A stretch of 63,721 bases of DNA, filler included, from Octopus bimaculoides (GCF_001194135.2; 5 parts of 5 records of this genome joined end to end with filler, not necessarily neighbours in it), one strand, 5' to 3'. Positions 50,661-63,480 are shown, numbered from the whole stretch's first letter. Program-made: numbers and translations. Notes: generated by a model not told the origin, from the sequence alone.

Positions 50661-51675
50661 GTGAGATGTTGCATAATCATTGTCATGCAGCTAAAGGAAA
50701 ATGTGCCTCCACAGGTGATTGTTTAAATAAGTCCTTCATTAGAATCTCCTGTTATTTCACTCAGTGTTAGAATGGATACCCAAGGTGATGTGTCATTTTC
50801 AGACAAAACAGTTTACAGACAAAACCAAACCCATAGATATAGAGACAGGCAAAATACAATTATAATCAAAGTACAAACTACAGAAATAAAGGAATGGACA
50901 AAAAAGTAAGGGTTGGGGTCAGGTTGACTATAAATTACAATTCTATCTTCATGGTCAGATTCTAAGGAAGAAAATGCATAATAGAACGAAGAACAAAATG
51001 AAGCATTTAGAGATAAATTTTATTCCTCATTTCATTTTTTATTCTTCATTTTGCTGATCAGATAAAGTATGAACCAAATGGCAAGATTGCCTTAGACAAT
51101 TAGGAGACTCTGTTCTAATCTGAGTTGCTAATTACAGAAGCAAGTCATTCCAACCTAGTGGTACTATGCTCAGCTAGAAAATCTAGACGATATAAGATTG
51201 AAATATATGTTGACCTGAGACACAATGAAGTGTTGAAGGAACATAAACTGTTAATATCACAGTTGTTTCTTTTGTGTCTTATTGTCTGAACAATCCACAT
51301 TATCTTTAATAGCCTGGGCAGTAAGGACATTGTTCTAATGCTAATGTCAGCTTTAAAATTTTTAGTTGGTAATAAACTCTTCATGAAAAAACAAAAGACA
51401 AGCATGTTTTTTATGTCATTAATTTCTTTCACAAATCTGATATATTCATTAGTATTTAGAAGTATACTTTAGCATTCAAATAGTCATCCTTTCAAGATAA
51501 CATTATCTTCATATATCATACTGTGTTTTCATAACTTTTTCTATAACTAATCTCAACTAAATTTCATTTTACAATGTTAAGAAACTGCTTTGTGATTGCG
51601 ATAAGTTTTAAAATATATTTGGCACGTTTATTATATTGATACCATTATCTTGTGTTTTTTACTGCTTCTCTGCAG

Positions 51676-51973
51676 ATATTGATTTCTCAGTTGCCCTTGT
51701 TGACTCTGACGATACAATCAACACCTCAACAAATTCTGTAACTAGTAAGAATGAAGTCATGACTGCTTCAACTGTTACAAATGCTTTGAGTGGGACAAGT
51801 TCAACAATCCAAACAGTACCAAAATCAACAACTAGACCAGCAACTAGTACTTCTTGTCATACTCTTCCTACTCCTCAACCTATTGCAATGCAAACTGGAG
51901 CTAATTTAGAATTATCAAAAAAACCTCAGAATCTCTCTACAAGTTGTATAGCTACTAATTTTCCTTCTGATGT
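51676..51973 (+). CDS. Internal coding exon of an unidentified gene, Ser/Thr-rich low-complexity region
   Basis: Strong acceptor TTTTTACTGCTTCTCTGCAG| and donor GT|GTAAGT; 298 nt fully open in very AT-rich DNA (DIDFSVALVDSDDTINTSTNSV...ATNFPSD). Confidence 0.7.
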
Positions 51974-52609
51974 GTAAGTATTAGTTTGCATGGCTGTTTT
52001 TATTTTGAATATAAAAAAAAAAACCCCAATCATATTCATTCCTTACATGGATATCTTCTGTATCATTTTACTAATGCTTCCATGCTCTCGAGGTATTATG
52101 TTTTATTGTTATTTATTGGAGAAAAAAGTGAACTTTAGGTGACCATAGCTTATAGAACTCACTTGTTGATATGTGTTCTAGTTACTTGAACAAAGTCCTC
52201 CTTTGCTTTCCTTGAGATCTATCTGTAAAAGATGTGTCCAGATACAAATGGTTGGCAGTTTATTTCATAGGGAAAATTTTTGCAAGTATTTGTTGAGCAG
52301 TTTGAAATGTTGAGTTTGAAATTCTATGGAGTGCACAGGGTGTAGCAAGATGTAGCAGTAATACTTAAATACCAGATATAAGCAGATGTACAGTTATCAG
52401 TAAAAATTCGAAAATGACAACTGAAGACTTCAGAACTAAAAAGAATACATTATTTGTCATTATGTAGAAAGAGATTTGCAAAAAATAACCTGCATATTTA
52501 CACATATGAAGCAGTATTTAAGGAACTGTACCTAGAATACACATTAGATTGCCTCAGAGAAATTCTCATCTAATAGATTCCACAACAACCACATCTATAT
52601 TAAATTGCT

Positions 52610-52654
<45 letters not shown>

Positions 52655-53215
52655 CCCTTCTATTTGCTGCTCTCATGTTCTGCTTTTCTGGGATCACCAA
52701 CACAATATCATTCTATTTAAACATCATTTGATGCACTCTCACCTAATAAACAGCAATGTTAAATTTTTTTGTCAAGCTTTCTTCTCTGAAAACAACATGC
52801 TCTCTATCCAACTATTAATCTGCCATAGTTAAAACTAAATATTAACCAGATTAACCTCACCACCGAGTTCTTCTCATATTCACGTATATATATATATATA
52901 TATACATACATACATGCATATATATATGTATATATATGTATGTATATATATANNNNNNNNNNNNNNNNNNNNNNNNNNNNNNNNATATATATATATATAT
53001 ATATATATAAACAATATATGAATATATGCATATATATGTACATGTATGTACATACCTTCATCTACATGTGCATATAGATACATATCTGGGTACATGACGT
53101 TGCAAAAAAACATGAGCAAAATGATAAACAAGGTACAAAAAACAAGCAGGCCACATAGAGAACATATCCTTCATCAGCTGCCACCATTAAAAAAAAAACA
53201 ATATATATATATATA

Positions 53216-54423
53216 TACCGGGCTTTGCAAAAGTCCTGTTACACTTGTTACGACAATCTCAACAAAGGATACAATGTTAGTTTTGATGCAGTTGGAGATG
53301 TTTTTATTGTTTTAACATATAAAAATGTGTTTAAATATTAATATAAATCAATGTAGCCACCCCTGGTGGCAAGTACATGCTCCAGGTGAGACCTGAAGGC
53401 TGCACACATGTTGCGGATAAAGTCCATTCTCATGCTGGCCCACCCATGGTTGACAGAAGACTTCAGCTTGTCGACTTTGCTGTGGTGGACTTTGCAGGCC
53501 TTGCCCTCGACATGTGCCCTGATGCTGTAGTTGAGGGGATTGACATCAGGCAACTGCAGTAGCCAAAATCCCTTTGACTAGAAGTTCATGTTCAACCCCA
53601 ACCACTCTTGCACAGCCTTGGGTATGTAGGCCAGAGCACCATCCTGCTGAAAAACATCTGCCTTCTTTGTGATCTTTCTCACCCAAGGTGGCCGCAGTGA
53701 GCTTGTAACCAGCTGCAAACAACACTGGTAGCACCTTCTCACCATTCGAAGCCACAATGCCAAGCATTATCGTGGAGGCCTGGTCGTGGACACATAGAGG
53801 ACCTAAAGGATGTCCTGGCTAAAAGCTGACCATGCGGTTGTTCTACTTGTTGACAACTGGATCAACTGTGAAAGTTTTTTCACCAGAAAAAATGAGAATT
53901 CGATTGCCATAACACTTCAAATCATTGATTAGGCAATGGCAGTGCTCCTGACGTTGTTCTTGCATATGGTCGGTGAGCAGAGGCCTTTGCATGCACCTCA
54001 AGCTCTTGCCACCCTCATTTATGACAGCCCCTGGACACTGTGACCACCAAGATGTTCTTTGCAAGCACTGTCAGTTTGAGCTTCAAATCACTTTTGAAGG
54101 CCTTTCTCACAGCCGAACAGTTGACGACTTGAGATCTGCCTGATCGAGGTCAATCTTTGAGGTCTTTCCTGTTCTTGAGCCTCTCTGCAACTCTGTGGAC
54201 AGTCATCTGGCTGATATTGAGGTGCTTGGTGATGTCGGACTTGTTGTGGCCCACGTGCAGGAGAGCAGAGATATAGATTCTTTTCGCTCCCATCTTGATA
54301 CACCTGCACACAATGGAAAAGACGTTTTAATGACACGTGCTGGAAAAGTAAAATTTTAAGTGTTTGATGGCATCTCTTGAAAGATCAAAACCAAGTGTAG
54401 CAGGACTTTTGCAAAGCCCGGTG
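53216..54423 (-). mobile_element. Full-length Tc1/mariner element (maT/DD37D-like), decayed transposase
   Basis: About 32-bp TIRs (C/T)ACCGGGCTTTGCAAAAGTCCTG(C/T)TACACTTG within TA repeats. Transposase 54293-53338 with IFS(D>G)EKTF, VFQQDGA, PDVNPL(D>N)Y. Confidence 0.92.
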
Positions 54424-54847
54424 TATATATATATATATATATATATNNNNNNNNNNNNNNNNNNNNNNNNNNNNNNNNNNNNNNNNNNNNNNNNNNNNNN
54501 NNNNNNNNNNNNNNNNNNNNNNNNNNNNNNNNNNNNNNNNNNNNNNNNNNNNNNNNNNNNNNNNNNNNNNNNNNNNNNNNNNNNNNNNNNNNNNNNNNNN
54601 NNNNNNNNNNNNNNNNNNNNNNNNNNNNNNNNNNNNNNNNNNNNNNNNNNNNNNNNNNNNNNNNNNNNNNNNNNNNNNNNNNNNNNNNNNNNNNNNNNNN
54701 NNNNNNNNNNNNNNNNNNNNNNNNNNNNNNNNNNNNNNNNNNNNNNNNNNNNNNNNNNNNNNNNNNNNNNNNNNNNNNNNNNNNNNNNNNNNNNNNNNNN
54801 NNNNNNNNNNNNNNNNNNNNNNNNNNNNNNNNNNNNNNNNNNNNNNN

Positions 54848-54884
<37 letters not shown>

Positions 54885-54892
54885 TATGTATA

Positions 54893-54928
<36 letters not shown>

Positions 54929-55070
54929 GGTAAAGTAAATGTTAGAGGCAATACTTGACAATTGTAAGCACCTGTGTATGCCAGCTCGTTGTTGAGGTGA
55001 AAGAATAAATTGTTTTTTATTTTTTTATTTTTTGCATTTATATATATATATATGTGTGTGTGTGTCTGTG

Positions 55071-55117
<47 letters not shown>

Positions 55118-55359
55118 ATGTATATCTGTGTGTATGTATGTATGTAGTTTATAGATTAGAGACAGATATTCTCTGTATAGAATACACTTCATAGTGCTCA
55201 AGAGATTTGAACTTGAACATGTAGAGGAGTAAATGTAAGGACAAGCAAGTTAAGTCGATATACAAAAAATATTAAATACATTTAATGCAAAAAATGTACA
55301 CATGTATGCATATAGAAAACTCCAACTTACACAAAATATAAATGATATCAGGAATAAAG

Positions 55360-55900
55360 GGGTTGAGTAAGAGTTTTATGAGTCCAACAGCTGTTTCTGG
55401 GGGTTTGATTGTCCAAAATAATGATTATAACTTGATTCTATCAATGGATACCACCAGCTTCTGTCATCAAGGAAGAATTTTATATTTGAGGAGTTGGTGG
55501 GGTGTTTAGATAGTGAGTAGTGGGAGGAGAAAATAGATTTCAGGGTTCGGGTTAATAATGAGGCTAGTGATAGTAATAGAAGTGGGAGGATGGGAAAAAG
55601 TGATTTAGGTAGTATGTGAATGATGACCTTTGTGCTAGTTTGTTTGAATTAAAGGTTGAGAAAGTGAAAAGGGATGACTATTATTTGTGGGAAATGAGTT
55701 GATTGGTTCAGTAGCTGAGTGGGGTGAGAAGGTGGTCAAGTGTAGTTGTTAGTGGGACAAAGGAATTGGGTTGGTATTAGAGGTGTGGTGTTATGGTAAA
55801 GAGAGGAGAATGGAATTGAATAGAGAGGTGTGAGTAGGGAGGGGTTAGAGGTAGATTGGTTAGTTTTCAAAGGAGTGAGGTCTTCTTATATTCTGTGTAA
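55360..55900 (-). mobile_element. Highly degenerate Penelope-like terminal region with relic hammerhead-like motifs
   Basis: Minus strand TCC-TTGATGA...CCCA-GAAAC-AGCT-GTT-GGA (55473-55383) and C-rich flank. Confidence 0.35.
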
Positions 55901-56171
55901 GTCAGACTTTTTTATATGCATACATAGTGTTGCTATTATGTCCAACTGTCGTATGTTCGAATTTGACTAAATGTGTTTTTTTCAATATTTAATTTTGTTT
56001 GCAATATAGCTGGTTCTTTAGGTTAAACTATCATATCTCCAGCTACTTCGGATGCCAAGATATGAAAATTATCAAAGTGTAGTAAAATGGTTTAGCATTT
56101 TCCAAAAGTGTAGTAAGTGCCACGTACGACAGTTTTGCAAAAATATTTCTGACTGAATATATCATATCGTG

Positions 56172-56427
56172 GCCAGTGCCCCTGGACTGGCTCATGTGCG
56201 GGCGACACATGAAATCTTTCGAGCGAGATCGTTGCCGGTGCCCCTGGGCTGGCTCTTGTACGGGTGACACATGAGGCATTTTCAAGCGAGATCGTTGCCG
56301 GTGCCCCTGGACTGGCTCATGTGCGGGCGACACATGAAATCTTTCGAGCGGAATCGTTGCCAGTGCCCCTGGACTGGCTCATGTGCGGGCGACGCCCCTG
56401 GGCCGGCTCTTGTGCGGGTGACACATG
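56172..56427 (+). repeat. GC-rich about 62-bp tandem repeat, at least 4.5 units, alternating variants
   Basis: GCC(A/G)GTGCCCCTGG(A/G)CTGGCTC starts at 56172, 56234, 56297 and 56359; runs into the scaffold linker. Confidence 0.9.
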
Positions 56428-56527
56428 NNNNNNNNNNNNNNNNNNNNNNNNNNNNNNNNNNNNNNNNNNNNTTAATTAATTAANNNNNNNNNNNNNNNNN
56501 NNNNNNNNNNNNNNNNNNNNNNNNNNN
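56428..56527. other. Artificial scaffold-join linker
   Basis: N44-TTAATTAATTAA-N44. Confidence 0.95.
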
Positions 56528-56791
56528 GCAGCATCTTTGTACATGGCTCGCACAGCTCTCACTAACCATTCTTCTATCCCAAGTTTCCTCATTGACCACC
56601 AGATAAGGGATCGGGGGACCCTGTCAAAGGCTTTCTCCATGTCAACGAAAGCCAGGTACAGAGGTTTATCCTTAGCTAGGTATTTCTCCTGCAACTGTCT
56701 CACTAGAAATAAGGCATCAGTAGTGCTTTTACCTGGCACGAACCCAAACTGCATCTCATCTAAATTGATTCGCTCCCTAATTAGTTGGGCT
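56528..56791 (-). mobile_element. RTE-clade LINE RT fragment, uninterrupted frame
   Basis: LDEMQFGFVPGKSTTDALFLVRQLQEKYLAKDKPLYLAFVDMEKAFDRVPR. Confidence 0.93.
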
Positions 56792-56962
56792 ATATATATA
56801 TATATATATGTATGTATATATATATATATGTGAACACGAATGTACACACACACACACATGCATCTGTGTTTATGTGTATCTGAATAGAATGTTTAAATGT
56901 TGTATGTAAACAAACTTTAACATTGAACTGACCAAATTTTTATCCTCTCTGTCTATTTACAG

Positions 56963-57183
56963 GAACATTTTGGTTATACACAACGCTTGCACTGCTGGGA
57001 GGTATTCTGCTAGCATTTATCTTGCCAGAAACTAAAGGCAAAACCCTGGAGGAAGTCGAAGGTGTTTTTGCCAAGTCTTGGTGTGCTCAAGGTCCAATTT
57101 TACCGTCCGTCAAATCTATACAGTATGTCCACATACGTGGTTTAAATCGGGACGGAAGGGAGTCAGAACTGGATTCTCCTTAG
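56963..57183 (+). CDS. SLC2A13: Last coding exon of a proton/myo-inositol cotransporter (HMIT, MFS sugar porter)
   Basis: Acceptor TCTCTGTCTATTTACAG|, phase 1. (G)TFWLYTTLALLGGILLAFILPETKGKTLEEVEGVF..WC..IQYVHIRGLNRDGRESELDSP*: sugar-porter PETKG motif plus a tail resembling the HMIT C-terminus (IEYIRVKGSN in human). Confidence 0.85.
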
Positions 57184-57517
57184 GAATAACACAATAATGA
57201 CAGCTGCACACTTTGGAACAGATCTATTTCTTCTTTTTAGCAGAGCCAGTATTCCATCTCCAATATTTGGCAGTTTAGTGGTAAATAATTAGAAAAATTA
57301 ATGTTTTACAGATCTGATTCTCTCCCTCTCTCCCTCTCTCTCTCTCTTTCTCCTACTCTTTCATCTTTTCTGTTTCCTCCTCTCTTTCTCTTTACAATAC
57401 TCATTTACATACAGTTGCACCCAGACACAGATACACATATGCAATGCATGCATACATTTGCAGATGTTCTCTTCTTTTGAAGGCCACACCAAAAACACAC
57501 ATAGAGACACATACATG

Positions 57518-57551
<34 letters not shown>

Positions 57552-58502
57552 ATGTTGCTGAGTTGAGATCTTTTGCATCCCTGCCCTGAATAACACACAA
57601 AAGTCAACAGCCAAGTACATTAATTAATTTTACTCAATAACATGTAGTATACACACACACATATGTATAAACACTTATATACTTAAATATATATATATAT
57701 ATATATATACACAAACGTACATACATACACACACACTCAGACATAGAACACATACACACATACACACATCCTATATATTTGTATACATACACATGAACAT
57801 ACATACACTCTCTTAGTAAGTAACATGGTGTTTAAAAACCTGTTACACTGATCAAAATGTTCACCAAAGTTTTATAAAATATAGAATATAGTGCTCCCAA
57901 TTATTCACCGATTAACCAACCAGCAACACATTTAGCTTTGTCTATTAATTAGTTTTGATGTAATCAATTGTTGAGTTAATTAATTGCTGTGAGATAAACA
58001 GACTATCAAATGTTAGTTCGTACCACTGTTGGTAAACTAGACTGTAGTGAAAAATTACAAAGATTTAACAGCAAGTACAGTAAAAGCTATGCTTTGCTGA
58101 TGAGGTCAGAATAAGACCGAAACACGTCTGGAGTTGTCTCCCATACTTTCTGGTAATAATAAAAATAGTATTAGTCATGGACTAATATTGTTTTTTTTTC
58201 TCAACGTATAATTATTTCTAGTTAGCTTTTTAAAGCTCTCACATTAAATTTGTTGACGCAAATTTAATAATTAAAAGTTTTTTCCCATGCTTTGACATTT
58301 CTGAAGAATAAATATCTTTGACTTCATGTTTGATAAATCCAATCAAACAAGTCTTCTGGAAGATTCTGCAAACAGGTCCATCTTCAGCAGTAATCATGAC
58401 AATATGATAGTTTCTGCTCCTGTTTCACTTGTTTCTGCTTCCATGATTATTTTTAAATGATCAATGTGTTTGCTTGTGGCCATGTGTGTGCATGTATATG
58501 TT

Positions 58503-58537
<35 letters not shown>

Positions 58538-58721
58538 CATTTGGAATAATATACAAGTGAAGCATATTACATTCCCAAAAGTTTGCATCGGAAGAGTATT
58601 CTTGTTATAAAAGGATTAAAAGAAGCCTATAAGACATAATAAAATATGCTTAGAGTAATGGCATTTGTGTGCAAGAAAAACCATATATCATAAAATCTGA
58701 TTAATGTATATATGTGTGTAA

Positions 58722-58945
58722 GGTGGCGAACTGGCAGAATCGTTAGCACGCGGGGCGAAATGCTTAGTGGCATTTTGTCCATCTTTATGTTCTGAGTTCA
58801 AATTCCACCAAGGTCGACTTTGCCTTTCATCCTTTCAAGGTCGATAAAATAAGTACCAGTTGAACACTTGGGTGGTGGGGGGGGGCATATAATTGGCTTA
58901 TTCCCTTTCTCAAAATTGCTGGCCTTATGCCAAAATTTTAAATCA
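58722..58945 (+). mobile_element. Octopus-type SINE
   Basis: GGTGGCGAACTGGCAGAATCGTTAGCACG...GTCGACTTTGCCTTTCATCCTTTC...AAGTACCAGTTGA; flanked by similar ATATATGTGTG stretches (probable TSD). Confidence 0.85.
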
Positions 58946-59369
58946 ATATATATGTGTGGGAGTGGGTGTGCACGGACATATTTGCGCATGTGTATGTTAT
59001 GTTATGGCCATCACTTGGAATCAAGGCTGATTTGGTAGCTTGTACCATGCTTTTGCCAAATGTTTTAGGTACCCATGTAGTCACATGCAGATATAGATAG
59101 TGTCTCACACTCTCAATTCCCCCACCCCTTGACTCAGGATGAAAGGGACAGTTAACACACACACACACACTCACATGTATGTATGTATACACATACATTC
59201 ATACATATACTCAAAAATTCACACACACACATGCATAAACACACACAAACACAAACACACACATAGATAATTAAAATTAATTAATCAAAGAAGGAGTGTT
59301 GATGTTCATGATCTTTGTAGGCATTCCCAGGCTGGCAAGATCAATGCAAATGTTGCTTATATATAAATG

Positions 59370-59609
59370 TGTGTGTTACATGTGTGTGTTACATGTGTGT
59401 GTGTGTATATGTGTGTGTGTGTGCATGTGTGTATGTGCATGCATTTTATGTGTGTGAGAGTGTGTGTGTGCATGTGTGCATGTGCATGCATTTTATGTGT
59501 GTGAGTGTGTGTGTGTGTGCATGTGTGTATGTGCATGCATTTTATGTGTATGTGTGTGTGTGTGTGTGTGTATGTGCATGCATTTTATGTGTATGTGTGT
59601 GAGTGCGTG

Positions 59610-59655
<46 letters not shown>
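59370..59655 (+). repeat. Compound GT/CATG minisatellite
   Basis: GTGTATGTGCATGCATTTTATGTG unit repeated four times between (GT)n runs. Confidence 0.85.
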
Positions 59656-59656
<1 letters not shown>

Positions 59657-60384
59657 ACTTTCCCAAAATACACTCATACACATAGTCGAATGAAGTCTGT
59701 GGTTTCATTGGATCAGTAGAATTTGGAAGTTAGTAGAACTGCATTATTTCATCACATATATCACCAACCCACATTAGAATCTCACCAAAAATACTAGGAC
59801 ACAATTAGATTTACACTTTCCACTTCATTTACTGCTGCTCCTGTTACTACTGCTGCTGCTTCTGGCATCTTTGTTTCATCATTTCTTTTATTTAATCTTC
59901 TTTCTTCTTCAATCTCTTTCTTTGATGGAGATAGAGGGTAAGAGAGCAAGAGACTTATAGTAAGAGAGAGAAGAAGAGGAGTTGATAGAAGGATTGAGAG
60001 AGAATGGAGACAGAGACAGAGAGAATGAAAACTGAAGAGAGAGAGAGGGGGGGGGAGAGTAGGAGGGAGAAGGTAGTAGCTGTGACAGAGGTAGTGGGAA
60101 AGAAAGTGAGTGAAGGTGCAAAAGTGAGAATATTTAGAGAGTAAGAGAATGTGAGAGAGAAAGAATTACAGATGGAATATCCTGAAAAAGAGTGAGAGAG
60201 AATTAAAGACAGATAAAGAGTGAGAGAGAAGTAGAAGCAGATATAAAGATGTAGAAAGAATATAGAGAGGAGGAGTGATTTTTTAAAATCTAGTCTTCTG
60301 TATGAACATAATGTATGTAATAATTGCTACTTAATATCTCTATGTTAAACATTGATCAGGGAATGACTGTAATATTGTGTTAAT

Positions 60385-60917
60385 ATGCAGAGATGGTGGT
60401 GCTGGTGGTGCTGGTGTAACATGGCAGTAGATGTGGGTTAACATCATAGTAGTGGTGGGTTAATGTCATTAGTGTTGGTTAATATGATGTCGGTGGTGTT
60501 GAGGTAATATAGCGGCTGTGGTCAGTTAACTTGTCATTATTTGTAGGTTAATATCTTCAATGGTGGTAGGGTGGGGTAATATCTTGGTGGTGGTTGGATA
60601 ATATCTTGGTGATGGTTAGATGATATAGTGGTTGCAGCCAGTTAACCTGTTAATAGACAGTGGGTTAACATGGAAGTGGTGGTATGGGACAACATGTCAG
60701 TGGTGATGGGGGCAACATGTTTGTGGTGGTGATATGTTAACATCATAGTGATCAGTTAACCTATCAATGGTAGTGACCAAGTATGTGACAGAAGGTGCAG
60801 TAACATGTCAGTGATAGTGGGGTAATATGGCAGTTGTGGTCAGTTAACCTTTAAACAGTGATGGGTTAACACGTGAATGATGTTGGGATAATATAGCAGT
60901 TATAGTCAGTTAATCTG
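60385..60917 (+). repeat. Degenerate TGG-rich minisatellite with recurring CAGTTAAC/GGTTAAC(A)T
   Basis: GTCAGTTAAC, CCAGTTAACC, ATCAGTTAACC and GGGTTAACA recur roughly every 60-130 bp. Confidence 0.5.
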
Positions 60918-61017
60918 NNNNNNNNNNNNNNNNNNNNNNNNNNNNNNNNNNNNNNNNNNNNTTAATTAATTAANNNNNNNNNNNNNNNNNNNNNNNNNNN
61001 NNNNNNNNNNNNNNNNN
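60918..61017. other. Artificial scaffold-join linker
   Basis: N44-TTAATTAATTAA-N44. Confidence 0.95.
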
Positions 61018-63480
61018 CACATGCAATAAGTTTAATATCTTAACCCACTCAGCTATCTGGCCTCTACTAAACTCCCATTTAGAAAACCCTTTCCACTACT
61101 AGAAATATAAAAATTTAAAATTTAAAAAAAAAACAAAAGAAGAAAGAAAAAAGCATCAATGAACGTGGTGACTGAAGGACTCGTTTGATGAATAACACTT
61201 TGCTGTAAGAACACAGATTTGCTTTGTTTTATAATTTTTAATAGATTTTTACCAAAAGACAATAAGGCTGTTGTAGTTGTTGTTGTTGTTGTTGCTGTCA
61301 TTGTCATCATCGTTGTCGTTGATTCACTCCTGTTTGGATTTACTGATTATCTAAATACTTTCCACCTATGACCATCCCATCCATTTTCAGACATTAGCGA
61401 GCAGCATTTATAACGAAGGTAAACAGGGTAGTGCCATAAGAGTTCCAAAATTAGGGTCCTCAGAGTGTCTCCAGGGTGAGGATGAACTCTGTAAGTTGCA
61501 TCTCTGTGTTGCAACAATGTGTTCCCTCGGGACACAGGAACAGGGTAGACACAACTTTAGTCATGGCTAACACAGCACAGGTGTAAACAACTGACACAAT
61601 ACCAAGACTAGTTCTTGAAATCCCCTTTTTTTATAGGAGTTACAGACTTGGTTAGTTGGGTTGGGGGTGGGGATATAAAACCCTCCAGGAAAAGAAACTT
61701 TTGATTTCAAATCCCAGAGTAATGGAGCTTGTGAGTGTGAACAGCATTAGGATTGTCTCAGGAAAGGAAACACCCAATAAAAGAACCAACCCTGCTTCAG
61801 ATCTTGAAGGTTGGGCATTGGGCTAATCACCTAATCCTGCAAAATAACTTCGGATTATAAAATCTTGAAACACTCAGAAAAATCCATAATGCCTTGAAGA
61901 GAAAGTAGTTTCTAATCTGGAAAGAGAAGGAAGCATGATGTGCTTGGGTGAAAGCAGAGGAAGCTCAATTGCCAGTTGCACCACTTGTAGATCTAAAACT
62001 AAGCTTCAACATGGACCCCTGAAGGCAGGTGGAAGCACAGAAAACTTCAGGACACCTGGAGAAGAACTGCTGAAAAAGAAAGGCATGCCAGTAGATGGGG
62101 GAAATTGTGGAAAGAGGTGTGAGCCACAAACGTTGATTGGACAACATGGAGAGAGGATGGAAGTGTTCTCTGGTATTAAATGTAAAAGAGAAGGAACAGC
62201 ATGTGATAAACACAGATCAAAATCTTGATCATTGTTTCCTTTCAGCTTCAATGCTTCTTGGTGCCAGTTAGGGGTGCATTATTGTCAGATGGTGCCAACG
62301 GTTGCTAAGAGAAGATATACAGGATTCCATTGTCCAATTTTTTTTATTAACGGGCACAATGTATAAGGACTTCCTAGTCTAAGATATCTTTCCATTTTTT
62401 TTCTTTTTAAAAAAAAGCAGTGTGATTTAATAAAGATTTGGCTGCTATATCTAGCAGGTCGAGCAACTATGTAGTAATTCACCTGATGAAAAAATGGCTG
62501 GGGTCAAATTAAAAGAAAATGGATAAGTGTTATCAGATAATGGGGTAAGTTGTGGCAGGGGGTTGCGGTAGTGAAGGAAGGAAGGTTATGATAAGTTTAT
62601 GATGTATTATGGAGCTGGGGTTAGGGTAATCTATCTATCTATTTATCTATCTATCTAGCTAGCTAGCTGTCAGTCTGTCTCTCTGTGTGTGTATGTGTGT
62701 GTGTGTGCACGTATGTGCCCCTCTATTTATCTGTCACTTTCTGCCATTGTCTCTCTCTCTCTCTATCTCTCTTTCTCTCCCTCCCNNNNNNNNNNNNNNN
62801 NNNNNNNNNNNNNNNNNNNNNNNNNNNNNNNNNNNNNNNNCCTCCCTTCCCTCATCTCCCATCACACCCTGCAAACACGCCCTACCACACCCCGCACCCC
62901 TTGCCCACAATCAATTGTCACGCCAGTAGCAGCAGTAGCAGCAACAGCAGCAGAGGCATGGGGGTAGGGGAGAGGAGGAGTTATCATTGCATTGTCTTTG
63001 TTGTTTATTACATGTTGCAAGAGGAAGAAAGAAGAAACAGAAAAACAACGTTTAAAACACACACACAGACACACACATGCATGCGCTTACATATGCATCC
63101 ACATTGGCTTTTGAACATTGAGCTTTTGTCAGATGTGCTTATCATAAGATAAAGGACAAATATGGCTGTATGTCCACTAAGCTGTTAATTAGTGAAGTGA
63201 GTTAGCAAAGCGATAACCGTCGTTTTATAGTCCTGTTTTCGTTGTGTCTACAGGCTTGGCTGTCTGTTCATGTGGAAACAGGAAACAGACACGCATACAT
63301 ATGTACATATATTCTTGTGTATGTGTGTGTATATATGTGTGTGTGTATGTATATATGTTTATGTGTGTGTGTATACATACACACACACATATGCATACAT
63401 ACAAACACACACACACACATATATACTTGCATGTGCATGTACGTATATATATATGTGTGTGTGTGTGTATATATATATAT

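Noticed and set aside
53165-53185. CTGATGAAGG on the minus strand as a third hammerhead
   Set aside because: No matching GAAA box or helix I partner nearby.
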